Positions 17,365-25,825 of a stretch of DNA of 64,000 bases are shown piece after piece. The DNA is from Nanobdellota archaeon (lineage in GTDB: Archaea > Nanobdellota > Nanobdellia > Pacearchaeales > GW2011-AR1). Made by a program: the position numbers and the translations under genes. Below the pieces are notes generated by a model. That model was not told the origin of the DNA. It ran no database searches and saw only the letters and a list, made by a program, of their open reading frames with translations. Positions within the stretch are counted from its first letter, which is position 1. Every line of letters starts with the position of its first letter. The stretch spans positions 11,465 to 75,464 of the forward strand of contig JBBSXJ010000004.1 of assembly GCA_038045825.1 (NCBI GenBank), in the 5' to 3' direction.

Positions 17365-17521
17365 ATTTGATTATGGCTTTTATCTTAGCCTTTCCTCCTT
17401 GGGGTTTGAGAAGAAGTTTGTTACATCTTATGCATTTTACGAGAGTTGTAGCCCTACCATAAGTAATTTGATAATTTCCACACCTAGGACACTTTATTTT
17501 TATTAGTTTTCCTTTATTCAT
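17351..17521 (-). CDS. rps27e: Ribosomal protein S27e
   Basis: Hand-translated 56 aa: MNKGKLIKIKCPRCGNYQITYGRATTLVKCIRCNKLLLKPQGGKAKIKAIIKYVFR. It has a C4 zinc ribbon, and its 3' end overlaps the aIF2-alpha start. Confidence 0.85.
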   Translation of the reverse strand: MNKGKLIKIKCPRCGNYQITYGRATTLVKCIRCNKLLLKPQGGKAKIKAIIKYVFR

Positions 17522-17541
17522 TTTTATTTTGATTAGACTTA

Positions 17542-17874
17542 TTAACGATTTGCTATCTTTGCTCTTCTATTTATTGTAGCAGAATACATAACTGCTTTTC
17601 TCATTGCTGTGTAATCATGTTTGTTTTTTTCAGAGTGTTTCTTTAGACCATCAATTTTAAGAGATATGTTTTTATTTTCAGAGTTTATATCTAATTTATT
17701 CTTAGCTAGTATCTTTCCCACTCTTATTCCTAACAATTTAGCTTTAGGAACTCCATGCTGGTCTCTTAAGATTAGACCTATCTTTTCAGGACCAATACCT
17801 TGCCTTGCTAGATCAACTATGATTTTTTCAACTTCTGCTGGTTTTATTTTAGTCCAGTCTGCTTTTTCTGCCAT
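17542..17874 (-). CDS. rps15: Ribosomal protein S15 (uS15, S13e type), N-terminally short
   Basis: IKPAEVEKIIVDLARQGIGPEKIGLILRDQHGVP and the C-terminal helices match S15P/S13e. An in-frame stop 5 codons upstream excludes a longer N-terminus. Confidence 0.85.
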   Translation of the reverse strand: MAEKADWTKIKPAEVEKIIVDLARQGIGPEKIGLILRDQHGVPKAKLLGIRVGKILAKNKLDINSENKNISLKIDGLKKHSEKNKHDYTAMRKAVMYSATINRRAKIANR

Positions 17875-17932
17875 GAATGTTTTTTGTTAGTAGGGTTTTT
17901 AAAGCTGGTGGTTTGAAATTATAATAGATATT

Positions 17933-18006
17933 AGCCCTGTAGAATAGCTGGCCAAGTTCGCAGGCCTTTGGCGCCTGAGACCCCGGTTCGAATCCGGGCG
18001 GGGCTA
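17933..18006 (+). tRNA. tRNA-Gln (anticodon TTG)
   Basis: Acceptor AGCCCTG/CGGGGCT, anticodon arm CAGGC-CTTTGGC-GCCTG, T arm CCCGG-TTCGAAT-CCGGG. 74 nt. Confidence 0.85.
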
Positions 18007-18037
18007 TTTATTTAAATGTGCATTTTATTGTATAATT

Positions 18038-18793
18038 ATGGCTAAACCTTTCAAGAAGAATGAATTTTTTGATATAAACAAGTTGCCTGCTGAAAAAGGA
18101 CTTTTGCTTTTTGGCTTGAGTATGAATAAACTCGCTAATAGGCAGAGTGCTGAGAAATGCTTGGAAGATATTCGTAACTTTTCTCCATCTAAAGTGAGTA
18201 AACCTTTGATTGGTTTAAATTTTATTTATACTGACTTTCTTTATATGTACAGTGATGAGCCTGCACCTGAATTGAAAAACTCTTTTATGAATGAAATAAT
18301 TAATCATAGGAATAGTATGCAAAAGATACTTGAAAAAAATCACTTAGATTTTCAGATACAACATGCATTTAATTATTTGGTTTGGAATCAACTATATGTG
18401 GGCACTAAAGATTTCAAAGATTTATTTGCAAAGTTAAAGAAGATTTATGAAAAAGATACTAAATTTAAAGAATATCTTGAAGAGGATTGTACTGTTTTTG
18501 GTCGCGAAATGAAAGAAAATCAAGTTAATTTCTTTTTAGAGGAAGCACTAATGGTTTATTTACTTTCTAAAAATCAAGTGAAGCTTCCAAATGAATTCAT
18601 TGAAAATAATCAGAAGTGGGTTTTGATGTGTTATCCTGGTAGACCTATTAAAACCATAGTTTATCTTTTTCAATTAAATCCTTTCAAATTTAATTGGGCT
18701 GAAAGTCCATATCAGAATTCATTTTATGATCTTGAAGAAAAGAAACTCATTGAAATGGATAGAGTTGATCTTGAAACTTATGAGGTTAGGTAG
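18038..18793 (+). CDS. Hypothetical protein with cyclodipeptide-synthase-like motif pattern (tentative)
   Basis: 251 aa. FGLSMN parallels GISxxN. W..L....FKDLFAKLKKIYEKDTKFKEYLEED parallels the AlbC/YvmC central helices. NFFLEE parallels YxxxE, and VLMCYPG parallels LxYH. Compared only with sequences recalled from memory. Confidence 0.35.
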   Translation: MAKPFKKNEFFDINKLPAEKGLLLFGLSMNKLANRQSAEKCLEDIRNFSPSKVSKPLIGLNFIYTDFLYMYSDEPAPELKNSFMNEIINHRNSMQKILEKNHLDFQIQHAFNYLVWNQLYVGTKDFKDLFAKLKKIYEKDTKFKEYLEEDCTVFGREMKENQVNFFLEEALMVYLLSKNQVKLPNEFIENNQKWVLMCYPGRPIKTIVYLFQLNPFKFNWAESPYQNSFYDLEEKKLIEMDRVDLETYEVR

Positions 18794-18833
18794 ACTACAA
18801 TAATACTTATAACTCAATTATATATTTAATTTT

Positions 18834-19142
18834 GTGGATAATTGTAAGACTTGTAATAGCATTATACAAGAAATAACTATTTTTAATGGAGAAACTAAAA
18901 ACTTTTGTTCTTTTGAGTGTGTTAATACTTACGATTTAATTGACTCTTTTACAAATTATGTTCAAAATCTTATTGATAAATATCAATACATTCGTAAAGA
19001 TGAACTTCGTGAACTTTTAAGACCTATGAAAAAGAAGATAATTGATGGTTTAATATTTGAAGTTGTTTCAAGAAAACATTTTATTTCTAAAGAAGGTATT
19101 TTGTATCCGTTAAACAAAAAAGTTATCTTTCCCAGAAAATAA
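18834..19142 (+). CDS. Small zinc-binding (FCS/TRASH-like CxxC...FCSxxC) protein
   Basis: GTG start. MDNCKTCNS...NFCSFECV is followed by a helical tail. Confidence 0.45.
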   Translation: MDNCKTCNSIIQEITIFNGETKNFCSFECVNTYDLIDSFTNYVQNLIDKYQYIRKDELRELLRPMKKKIIDGLIFEVVSRKHFISKEGILYPLNKKVIFPRK

Positions 19143-19751
19143 TTAATATTGGGCTTTATATCTTCCGCGTTTTTCTACTTTTTCTAATTGCTCAAGAGTT
19201 CTTTTTGCATGCTTTGATTGTTTTGTGTAGCCCTTGACTAATGCATTAAAGCATTCTTCATTTATTGTTGGATGTTTTGCTTCCAGGGCTTGCTTGATTA
19301 AATGAAGATCAACTGCTTTGTCTTCTATCCTACTTGAATGGAATCCTAAACCGAAGTCTATAAAATAAATGTCTTCGTCTTTTAATAAGAGATTTGATGT
19401 TGTAAGATCTCCATGTATGATATTGTTGTCGTGTAATTTTGCTAACTCTTTTCCTATTTTCTCTGATACTTTTTGATAATCTGTTCTTTCAAGATGGTCT
19501 GCTAGTTTCTTTCCATCTATATATTCCATTTCAATCTTTGATTTTACTTCATCGCTACTTATTATTTTTGGCACGTTAACTATTTTTTGTGCTTTTTCCA
19601 TGATTTTTGATTCAGATCTTGTTCTTAGCTTTCTTATTTTTTTGTCTAAGTCTGGATACCTATATGATTTTTCTATTCTATCTTTTATTACTGTTTTATT
19701 TTGTTTTGTAATTATTGCTTCTGCTCCTCTTCCTATTACTATTGATTTCAT
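19143..19751 (-). CDS. bud32: KEOPS kinase Bud32 (Kae1-associated)
   Basis: 202 aa. IGRGAEA, LRTRSESKIMEKA, IIHGDLTTSNLLL, YFIDFGL and the C-terminal RGRY are typical of archaeal Bud32. Confidence 0.85.
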   Translation of the reverse strand: MKSIVIGRGAEAIITKQNKTVIKDRIEKSYRYPDLDKKIRKLRTRSESKIMEKAQKIVNVPKIISSDEVKSKIEMEYIDGKKLADHLERTDYQKVSEKIGKELAKLHDNNIIHGDLTTSNLLLKDEDIYFIDFGLGFHSSRIEDKAVDLHLIKQALEAKHPTINEECFNALVKGYTKQSKHAKRTLEQLEKVEKRGRYKAQY

Positions 19752-20164
19752 AATTCTTTTGAAAAATCTATCCTTTTAATTTCTTTGATTTTATCAAAAT
19801 CTGGATCAGAACTTATAACTGTTTTAATCCTATTTATCTGCATGGTTGCTAAATGAATTGAATCTCGTGGATCTAATTTATTGTCTTTATACAATTTTAG
19901 CATATTTGTTAAAACTTCTGAATTTATTTCTAATATTCTAACATTTTCCATGTTTATTATTCTTTTAGCTGATTCTACTGCTGTTTCTCTACCTAATACT
20001 TTCTGCACTTTCCAAATGAATTCATCAATAGTTAAAGCAGATATATTAGCATTATATTTCCCAATTTCTACTTCTTTGATAAATTTTCTAGCTAAATCTC
20101 CTATTCGATCTTCATTTAATATACCATAAATAAGAAGATTAGAGTCTAAATAAACTTCTTCCAT
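19748..20164 (-). CDS. vapC: PIN-domain toxin (VapC-like)
   Basis: MEEVYLDSNLLIY..., DSIHLATM and SSDPDF motifs. Downstream of an AbrB-type antitoxin, and overlaps bud32 by 4 nt. Confidence 0.8.
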   Translation of the reverse strand: MEEVYLDSNLLIYGILNEDRIGDLARKFIKEVEIGKYNANISALTIDEFIWKVQKVLGRETAVESAKRIINMENVRILEINSEVLTNMLKLYKDNKLDPRDSIHLATMQINRIKTVISSDPDFDKIKEIKRIDFSKEL

Positions 20165-20165
20165 T

Positions 20166-20426
20166 TTACAGTCCTGCTCTTTTTAGACGTTTTTCATACT
20201 GTTCATAGAACTCTTTTTTATTGTAATGGGATCCTTTTTTAGAGACTTTGCTTGCTTGCTCCTTAAAATATTCTGAAACATTACTTTGTGGCTTTTTGAC
20301 TGTTAACCCAAATTCATTTTCCGTTATTATTACCTCTTGATTTGGAAACATTTTATAGTGGTCTCTAAATATTTTAGGGATTACTACCTGTCCTTTTAGT
20401 CCTAGTTTTACTCTTAGTTCTACCAT
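20166..20426 (-). CDS. vapB: AbrB/SpoVT-type antitoxin (VapB-like)
   Basis: VKLGLKGQVVIPKIFRDHYKMFPNQEVIITENEFGLTVKK is a swapped-hairpin AbrB motif. It lies 1 nt upstream of the PIN gene. Confidence 0.75.
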   Translation of the reverse strand: MVELRVKLGLKGQVVIPKIFRDHYKMFPNQEVIITENEFGLTVKKPQSNVSEYFKEQASKVSKKGSHYNKKEFYEQYEKRLKRAGL

Positions 20427-20465
20427 GTTATACTGGAAGTTATACTTATATTTAAAACTTTGGTT

Positions 20466-21833
20466 TTATAATTTCATTCCTCTTTTTGCTAGTTTTTTTG
20501 CCATTTTCATTAGACTCTTTTGATCTATCCCTTCTTCTCCGCCCTTGCCTGATTGAATCATTTCTTTAAGAACTTTGTATTGTTTTATTAGATTTCTAAT
20601 GTCTGTTGTACTTACTCCAGAACCTTTTGATATTCTTTGAAGTCTGCTAGTTTCTTTTTCCATGATTTCAGGGTTTTCTATTTCTTCTTGAGTCATTGAA
20701 TTGATAGCATGTTTGTATCCTTTCAGTTTTGCTTGTTGTTGTTCTAGTTTTTCACTTGATACTTTTTCTTTTACTTTTCCAAAGCCTGGAATCATAGACA
20801 TTATTTTATCCATTCCCCCTATTGACTCCATGGATTCTAATTGAGATTGGACATCTCTTAGTGTTAGTTTTCCTTGCTCTATGTTTTTTTGAGCTTTCTT
20901 TAATGCCTCTTCATCTGTGACCGTTCTAATTTTTTCCATTAATGCTTCTAAGTCTCCCATGCCAAGCATTCTTGAAAGGAATGCTTCTGGATTGAATGGC
21001 TCAAGATCTGCAGGTTTCTCACCAGTTCCTATGAAAACTACTGGAACCTTTGCTTCATAACATGAAGTTAGTGCTCCTCCTGCTTTAGCTGTTGAGTCCA
21101 TTCTTGTTATTATGACTCCTGTGATGTCTACAGCTTCTTTGAAAGTTATTGCTTGTTTTCTTGCTGTTTGACCTATATCTGCTGGTATTATTAGAAGAGT
21201 TTCCGTTGGTTTTGCTATTTTGTTTATAGATTTTATTTCTTTAATTAGGTCTTCTTCTAAAGAATCTCTTCCTGCCGTATCTATTAGTATTAAGTCATAT
21301 TTGTTTAGTTCTTTTTCAAATTGTTTCCATATTTTACTTGGATTCTTCTCATCTGGATTAATGAAACAAGCTATGTTTAGTTTTTCGCATAATTGTTTTA
21401 ATTGGGTTGAAGCTGCTGGTCTGTGAATGTCAAGACCTATTGCACATACTTTGCTTCCTCTCTTTGAATAATATAGTGCTAGTTTTGATATTGTAGTAGT
21501 TTTACCTGCACCATAAAGACCAAGCATCATAAATCTACTTTGTTCTTTATTGTTTATTTTGAGTTCTTTTTTCTCTCCAAGAATTGCTCTCAATTCATCG
21601 TGAAGAAGCTTGATTATATGTTCTTTCTTTTCTACTCCTTTTAGTCTTTCATCTAGAGCTGATTTTTTTATTTTATTTGTTATTTCTAGAACTAATTGGA
21701 TATTGACATCTGCTTCTATTAGTGAACGTTGCAACTCTTTTATTATCTGGTCAACTAGATTTTTATCAAGAAACATAGCGTTTGCTATCTTGTCTGTTGC
21801 TTTTTTTATTGCGTTTGATAGTTTATCCAGCAT
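20466..21833 (-). CDS. srp54: Signal recognition particle protein SRP54
   Basis: N, G and M domains: GLYGAGKTTT, DTAGR, TRMDSTAKAGGAL, and a Met-rich M domain (MGDLEALMEK..GGMDKIMSMIPG). Confidence 0.95.
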   Translation of the reverse strand: MLDKLSNAIKKATDKIANAMFLDKNLVDQIIKELQRSLIEADVNIQLVLEITNKIKKSALDERLKGVEKKEHIIKLLHDELRAILGEKKELKINNKEQSRFMMLGLYGAGKTTTISKLALYYSKRGSKVCAIGLDIHRPAASTQLKQLCEKLNIACFINPDEKNPSKIWKQFEKELNKYDLILIDTAGRDSLEEDLIKEIKSINKIAKPTETLLIIPADIGQTARKQAITFKEAVDITGVIITRMDSTAKAGGALTSCYEAKVPVVFIGTGEKPADLEPFNPEAFLSRMLGMGDLEALMEKIRTVTDEEALKKAQKNIEQGKLTLRDVQSQLESMESIGGMDKIMSMIPGFGKVKEKVSSEKLEQQQAKLKGYKHAINSMTQEEIENPEIMEKETSRLQRISKGSGVSTTDIRNLIKQYKVLKEMIQSGKGGEEGIDQKSLMKMAKKLAKRGMKL

Positions 21834-21910
21834 GTGAATGCGAGCTTATATTAGGTTAATAAATCTGTGTTTTTAAGAACTCTTATAAACTAAATTAACT
21901 TTTATAAATT

Positions 21911-22585
21911 ATGAAAAAAAGTGTGTTGATTGGTGTTGTTGTTTTTTCTATTTTTGCATTATCTTTTACTCTTTTTTTACATGATAAAATCTTTCTTCAG
22001 ATAACTGGAAAACAGATATTTTCAGATACTCAATTTGAGCAGCCTGCAGAGTCATTTAAATCTTCTAAATCTTCGACTGGTATCTCTTTGAGCCCTGATT
22101 CCATCGGCTGTCAAATAATAGATATTTCTTCAAGTCATACTGTTGCTAGAATTGGAAAGACTGTTTCTATATATATTGATGGAGAGGGATGCGATGGAGA
22201 GGATATAGATTTTGAGGTCTATGAAGATGATTTATTTTTTAATGATCATGCTACGATTTTATCCGGAGAATTTTTAAGAGATAGGGTTACTATTGATTGG
22301 ACAATAGGAGAGGATCTTTCTTATTTATTTGATGAAGCTTTTGAAGGAGATGATATAGAACTTTATTTTGAGACTAATTTGGTAAATAATAAGCTGGCTT
22401 CAAATTTGCTTTATGTTTATTTATCTGAAGAAGAGAGTCCACTTTTGCAACCTTTAAATGAAGAGAAAGAGTCTGAGATAAAGATTATCTTTTGGATGGT
22501 TTTTGTAATTCTTGTTTCAGGAATTGCTGCTGCATTTATTTCAATTTTAAGCTCTTTTAAAAGAATGGCAATTTTAAAGACTTAG
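21911..22585 (+). CDS. Acidic surface protein with N-terminal signal anchor and C-terminal TM helix
   Basis: ORF track: MKKSVLIGVVVFSIFALSFTLFL..., an acidic middle region, then C-terminal IIFWMVFVILVSGIAAAFISIL. Confidence 0.5.
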   Translation: MKKSVLIGVVVFSIFALSFTLFLHDKIFLQITGKQIFSDTQFEQPAESFKSSKSSTGISLSPDSIGCQIIDISSSHTVARIGKTVSIYIDGEGCDGEDIDFEVYEDDLFFNDHATILSGEFLRDRVTIDWTIGEDLSYLFDEAFEGDDIELYFETNLVNNKLASNLLYVYLSEEESPLLQPLNEEKESEIKIIFWMVFVILVSGIAAAFISILSSFKRMAILKT

Positions 22586-22689
22586 AAAATAAATTTTATT
22601 AATCTATATAATTCATACAAACTACATTCTTTTATTAGAGGATACGATATCTTTATTAATTGACCTTGTTTTATTTTACTAGGTGTTTG

Positions 22690-23280
22690 ATGGAACTAAA
22701 AATTCAGATAAAAAAAAGATATTTATTTGCTGTTATAGGAGTGATTGTTTTGGTGGGAATTGTTATTGCTTATGGAGGAAATAATCCTCAGAACATGGGT
22801 CATTCTGATGGAGAGATACAACTTACTAACGTTGGTCAGAGTTTAACTGATTGGAGCGATGGCGTGAATAGCTTAATTACTAATCTGGAATTGGATAAAT
22901 CAGATAGAGGATGGACTGCAGTTAGTCAACCTCTTCCTGCTCTTTCTTTCCCCGATGTATCTGGAGTTCATAATCCTCAAACTGTTGCCCATTCTTATGG
23001 GACTTCTATTGTTCCATCTGGTGCTAAAGAAATTCTTGTTTATGTGTGGGCTTCAAGAGGATCTCGAGGAAGTAGTACTGGAATTATTCATTATGCAATA
23101 ACTACCCCTGAAGGTCATTATCAAAAGTTTTTAGTTGTTAATAACGACAACGCCGCAGCAGTTTCTAATTCAGAGAATATGTGGTTTCCAATTACTAATG
23201 ATAGACGTTTAATTGTTAATCTACCTACTAGGATAGATGGATATTATGACGCTGGCGCTGAAATAATAGGATATAGATAG
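22690..23280 (+). CDS. Anchored hypothetical protein
   Basis: The ATG at 22690 (MELKIQIKKRYLFAVIGVIVLVGIVIAYGG) lies about 30 nt after the TATA-like TCTTTATTAATT. The track TTG start at 22660 is less likely. Confidence 0.5.
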   Translation: MELKIQIKKRYLFAVIGVIVLVGIVIAYGGNNPQNMGHSDGEIQLTNVGQSLTDWSDGVNSLITNLELDKSDRGWTAVSQPLPALSFPDVSGVHNPQTVAHSYGTSIVPSGAKEILVYVWASRGSRGSSTGIIHYAITTPEGHYQKFLVVNNDNAAAVSNSENMWFPITNDRRLIVNLPTRIDGYYDAGAEIIGYR

Positions 23281-23293
23281 TGTTTTATCTTTT

Positions 23294-24406
23294 TTAATTG
23301 AAGCCTAAACTTTTGATTATGTCTTCTTTTTTGAACTCTTTTAGATCGTCGTATTTTTGACCTATGCCTAGGAAATAAATTGGTTTGTTAGTAATGTAAG
23401 AAACAGATAATGCTGTTCCACCTTTTTCATCTATATCTGCTTTGCTTAAAATTATTCCATCTATTCCCAAAGCTTCGTTAAAAGTCTTTATCTGATCAAT
23501 GATATCGTTTCCTGCTGTTGATTCTCCTACAAATATTTTTTTATCTGGTCTTATTACTCTAATTAGTTTTTCCATTTGTTTTATTAGATTTTCTTTTGTA
23601 TACATTCTTCCAGCAGTATCTATCAATAGACATTTGATTTTGTGTTTTTCTGCATAGGCTTTTGCATCGAATGCTACTGATGTTGGATCTGCATTGTATT
23701 GGCTTTTTATTATTGGAACTCCTACTTTATTTGAGTGAATTTCTAGCTGTTCTATTGCTGCTGCTCTAAATGTGTCTGCCGCTGCTAGAACGCAAGATAT
23801 ATTATTTTTTTTCAGAAGATTTGCTAGTTTCGCTATGCTTGTTGTTTTTCCTGTTCCGTTAATCCCAAAGAAGAGGATAGTGTAGGTTCCTTGATGATTT
23901 TTTATTTCATTTATGAGATCTGGAGAATCAATTAAAACATTGCTTATTGCTTCTTTAATTGAATTTATTACTTTTTCTTTTATTTCTTTGCTTTTAGATT
24001 CCTGGCCAACTAGACTTGATACGAGACTTTCCTTTATTTTATCAACCACTTCTAGTGCTACATTGTTTTCTACAAGTATTATTTCTAGCTCTTCAAATAT
24101 TTGTTCTACTTGTTCTTTAGTTATTTTTGATGTTGTAAATTTACCTAATATATTTGAAAAGAATCCACCTTTCTTTTCTTCTTTGATTTCTGCTTCTATT
24201 TCGTTTTCAGCTACTTCTTTTTCTAATTTTTCTATGGGTACTTCTTCTATTTTTTGTTCAACTTTTCTAGTTTTATCTGATTTTTTAGATTTTGAGACAT
24301 TTTTTACAACTTTTACTTTCTTTTCTTTAGCTTTTTTCGGTTTATCTTCCGTTTTTTCAGACTTTCCGAAAAATGACTTTAGTTTGTCTTTTAGTAACTT
24401 AAACAT
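23294..24406 (-). CDS. ftsY: SRP receptor FtsY
   Basis: K/E-rich A region, then the NG domain: GINGTGKTTSIAKLA, DTAGR, ILSKADIDEKGG. Confidence 0.95.
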   Translation of the reverse strand: MFKLLKDKLKSFFGKSEKTEDKPKKAKEKKVKVVKNVSKSKKSDKTRKVEQKIEEVPIEKLEKEVAENEIEAEIKEEKKGGFFSNILGKFTTSKITKEQVEQIFEELEIILVENNVALEVVDKIKESLVSSLVGQESKSKEIKEKVINSIKEAISNVLIDSPDLINEIKNHQGTYTILFFGINGTGKTTSIAKLANLLKKNNISCVLAAADTFRAAAIEQLEIHSNKVGVPIIKSQYNADPTSVAFDAKAYAEKHKIKCLLIDTAGRMYTKENLIKQMEKLIRVIRPDKKIFVGESTAGNDIIDQIKTFNEALGIDGIILSKADIDEKGGTALSVSYITNKPIYFLGIGQKYDDLKEFKKEDIIKSLGFN

Positions 24407-24456
24407 AATAATTTAGTGCGGAGAAGGTTTATAAGTTTTTTACATATGCTAATTAT

Positions 24457-25701
24457 ATGAAAGGTATTTTTGTTGTGATTGATGGTGTTGCTGATGAACC
24501 TCTAATAAAACTTAATAATAAGACTCCCCTGGAATATGCCAAGACTCCAAATCTTGACTTTTTTGCTTCGAATGGAGAGCTTTACAATTGTTTTCCTATA
24601 GCAGAGGGAATTGCTCCTCAATCATCTAGTGGACTTATTTCTCTTTTTGGAGCTGATTTTAGGGATTATTCTAGGGGCATTCTAGAAGCTGTTGGGGCTG
24701 GTATTCACTTGAATGATGGGGATTTAGCATTAAGAGTGAACTTTTCTACTATTGATAATTTGAACAGTATGAAATTAATGGACAGAAGGGCAGGAAGAAC
24801 TTTAACCGATGGGGAAGCTGTTGAACTTTCTAATGAGGTTAATTCCAAGCTTAAGCTACCTTTCAAATTTGAACTTATTAATACTATAGGGCATAGAGGA
24901 GTTTTAATATTTAGAGGAGCTTTTTCTGATAAAATTACTAATGTAGATCCATCTTATGAAGGAGGGTTATCTGTTGAATCTGCTCAAAATACCGTTTCTT
25001 TTTCTGAATCTACTGATGATTCGAGAAAGAGTATTGTAACTGCTGATTTGATTAATACTTTTGTTCGTAAGAGTTATGTTATACTTGAAAATAGTGTCGT
25101 AAATGCTAACAGAAGGAAAAAAGGTTTTTTACCAGCTAACTTTCTCCTTTGTAGAGATCCCGGGATTGGACCTGTTAAGAGTCGTAAACTTCCAGGTTTA
25201 TGGATGGGTTTTGGATATATGCCTTTAGAGATAGGTGTTTCAAAAGTGTTGGGGATGAGGGTTTCTTCTTTTGGAAAGATGATTATGTCTGATGAGGATT
25301 TTTACAGTCATGCTGAGCAAGTTTTAAGCAATGCTATAAAATCTTCTATTAAAATGATTGAATCTCAAAGAGATATTGTAGATTATTTTTACATTCATTT
25401 TAAGGAGACAGATTTACCAGGACATGATAATAAACCATTACAGAAAGTCAAATTTATTGAGATGATTGATCGAGAGTTTTTTGGTAATATTAGAAAAGGT
25501 GATTTAGACTTTAAAATGGTAGTTACTGCAGATCATACTACATCATGCAGGAAAATGGCTCATACTTCAGACCCTGTTCCAGCTTTATTTTTTGACTTTA
25601 ATTCTATAAAAGAGAGTAAGAACCGGTTTGCAGAGAAATACTCTATTAAACAAAGAGCAATTAATGGAAGACAATTACTTTCAAAGACTTTGTTAAGATA
25701 A
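24457..25701 (+). CDS. apgM: Archaeal-type cofactor-independent phosphoglycerate mutase (ApgM)
   Basis: VIDGVADEP...TPLEYAKTPNLD, HFKETDLPGHD and VTADHTT are metalloenzyme-superfamily motifs. Confidence 0.8.
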   Translation: MKGIFVVIDGVADEPLIKLNNKTPLEYAKTPNLDFFASNGELYNCFPIAEGIAPQSSSGLISLFGADFRDYSRGILEAVGAGIHLNDGDLALRVNFSTIDNLNSMKLMDRRAGRTLTDGEAVELSNEVNSKLKLPFKFELINTIGHRGVLIFRGAFSDKITNVDPSYEGGLSVESAQNTVSFSESTDDSRKSIVTADLINTFVRKSYVILENSVVNANRRKKGFLPANFLLCRDPGIGPVKSRKLPGLWMGFGYMPLEIGVSKVLGMRVSSFGKMIMSDEDFYSHAEQVLSNAIKSSIKMIESQRDIVDYFYIHFKETDLPGHDNKPLQKVKFIEMIDREFFGNIRKGDLDFKMVVTADHTTSCRKMAHTSDPVPALFFDFNSIKESKNRFAEKYSIKQRAINGRQLLSKTLLR

Positions 25702-25791
25702 CTTACTAATTATAAAAAGAATTAGCTATAGCGCTAATCTGAAGATTATCTAATATCTAATTCTTACTAATTATAAAAAGAATTAGCTATA
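25702..25791. repeat. Perfect 29-bp direct repeat (2 copies) separated by a 32-bp unique segment
   Basis: CTTACTAATTATAAAAAGAATTAGCTATA occurs at 25702..25730 and 25763..25791. Each copy contains the inverted repeat CTAATT-8 nt-AATTAG. Copy 1 abuts the apgM stop and copy 2 abuts the GINS TATA box. Confidence 0.8.
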
Positions 25792-25825
25792 TCTTTATAA
25801 AATACTAATGATGGTTTTTCTTATG

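Noticed and set aside
23913-24416. Long antisense or shadow ORFs in the six-frame track. Examples: 3050..3295, 3551..3748, 3857..4063, 5293..5511, 5707..5955, 5987..6280, 7171..7371, 10234..10476, 10633..10836, 11283..11468, 11650..12021, 13260..13460, 13846..14040, 14733..14945, 15235..15492, 16302..16490, 17270..17506, 17621..17890, 19881..20129, 21220..21426, 21610..21837, 23913..24416, 25927..26415, 26507..26743, 27696..27956, 38142..38486, 50757..51032, 52526..52750, 53148..53360, 54640..54846, 55767..56162, 59962..60177, 60702..60929, 61546..61761, 63442..63696, and all short ORFs inside 29787..37276.
   Set aside because: Each overlaps a gene with clear homology or a far longer coherent ORF. 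Their translations are low-complexity (Ser/Phe/Ile/Leu-rich) mirror images, as expected in AT-rich DNA. None has a promoter or RBS context.
25702-25791. Annotating the 29-bp repeat pair as a CRISPR array.
   Set aside because: There are only two repeats and one spacer, no cas genes in 64 kb, and the repeat lacks a typical conserved 3' end. It is reported as a repeat or finding, not as a CRISPR feature.
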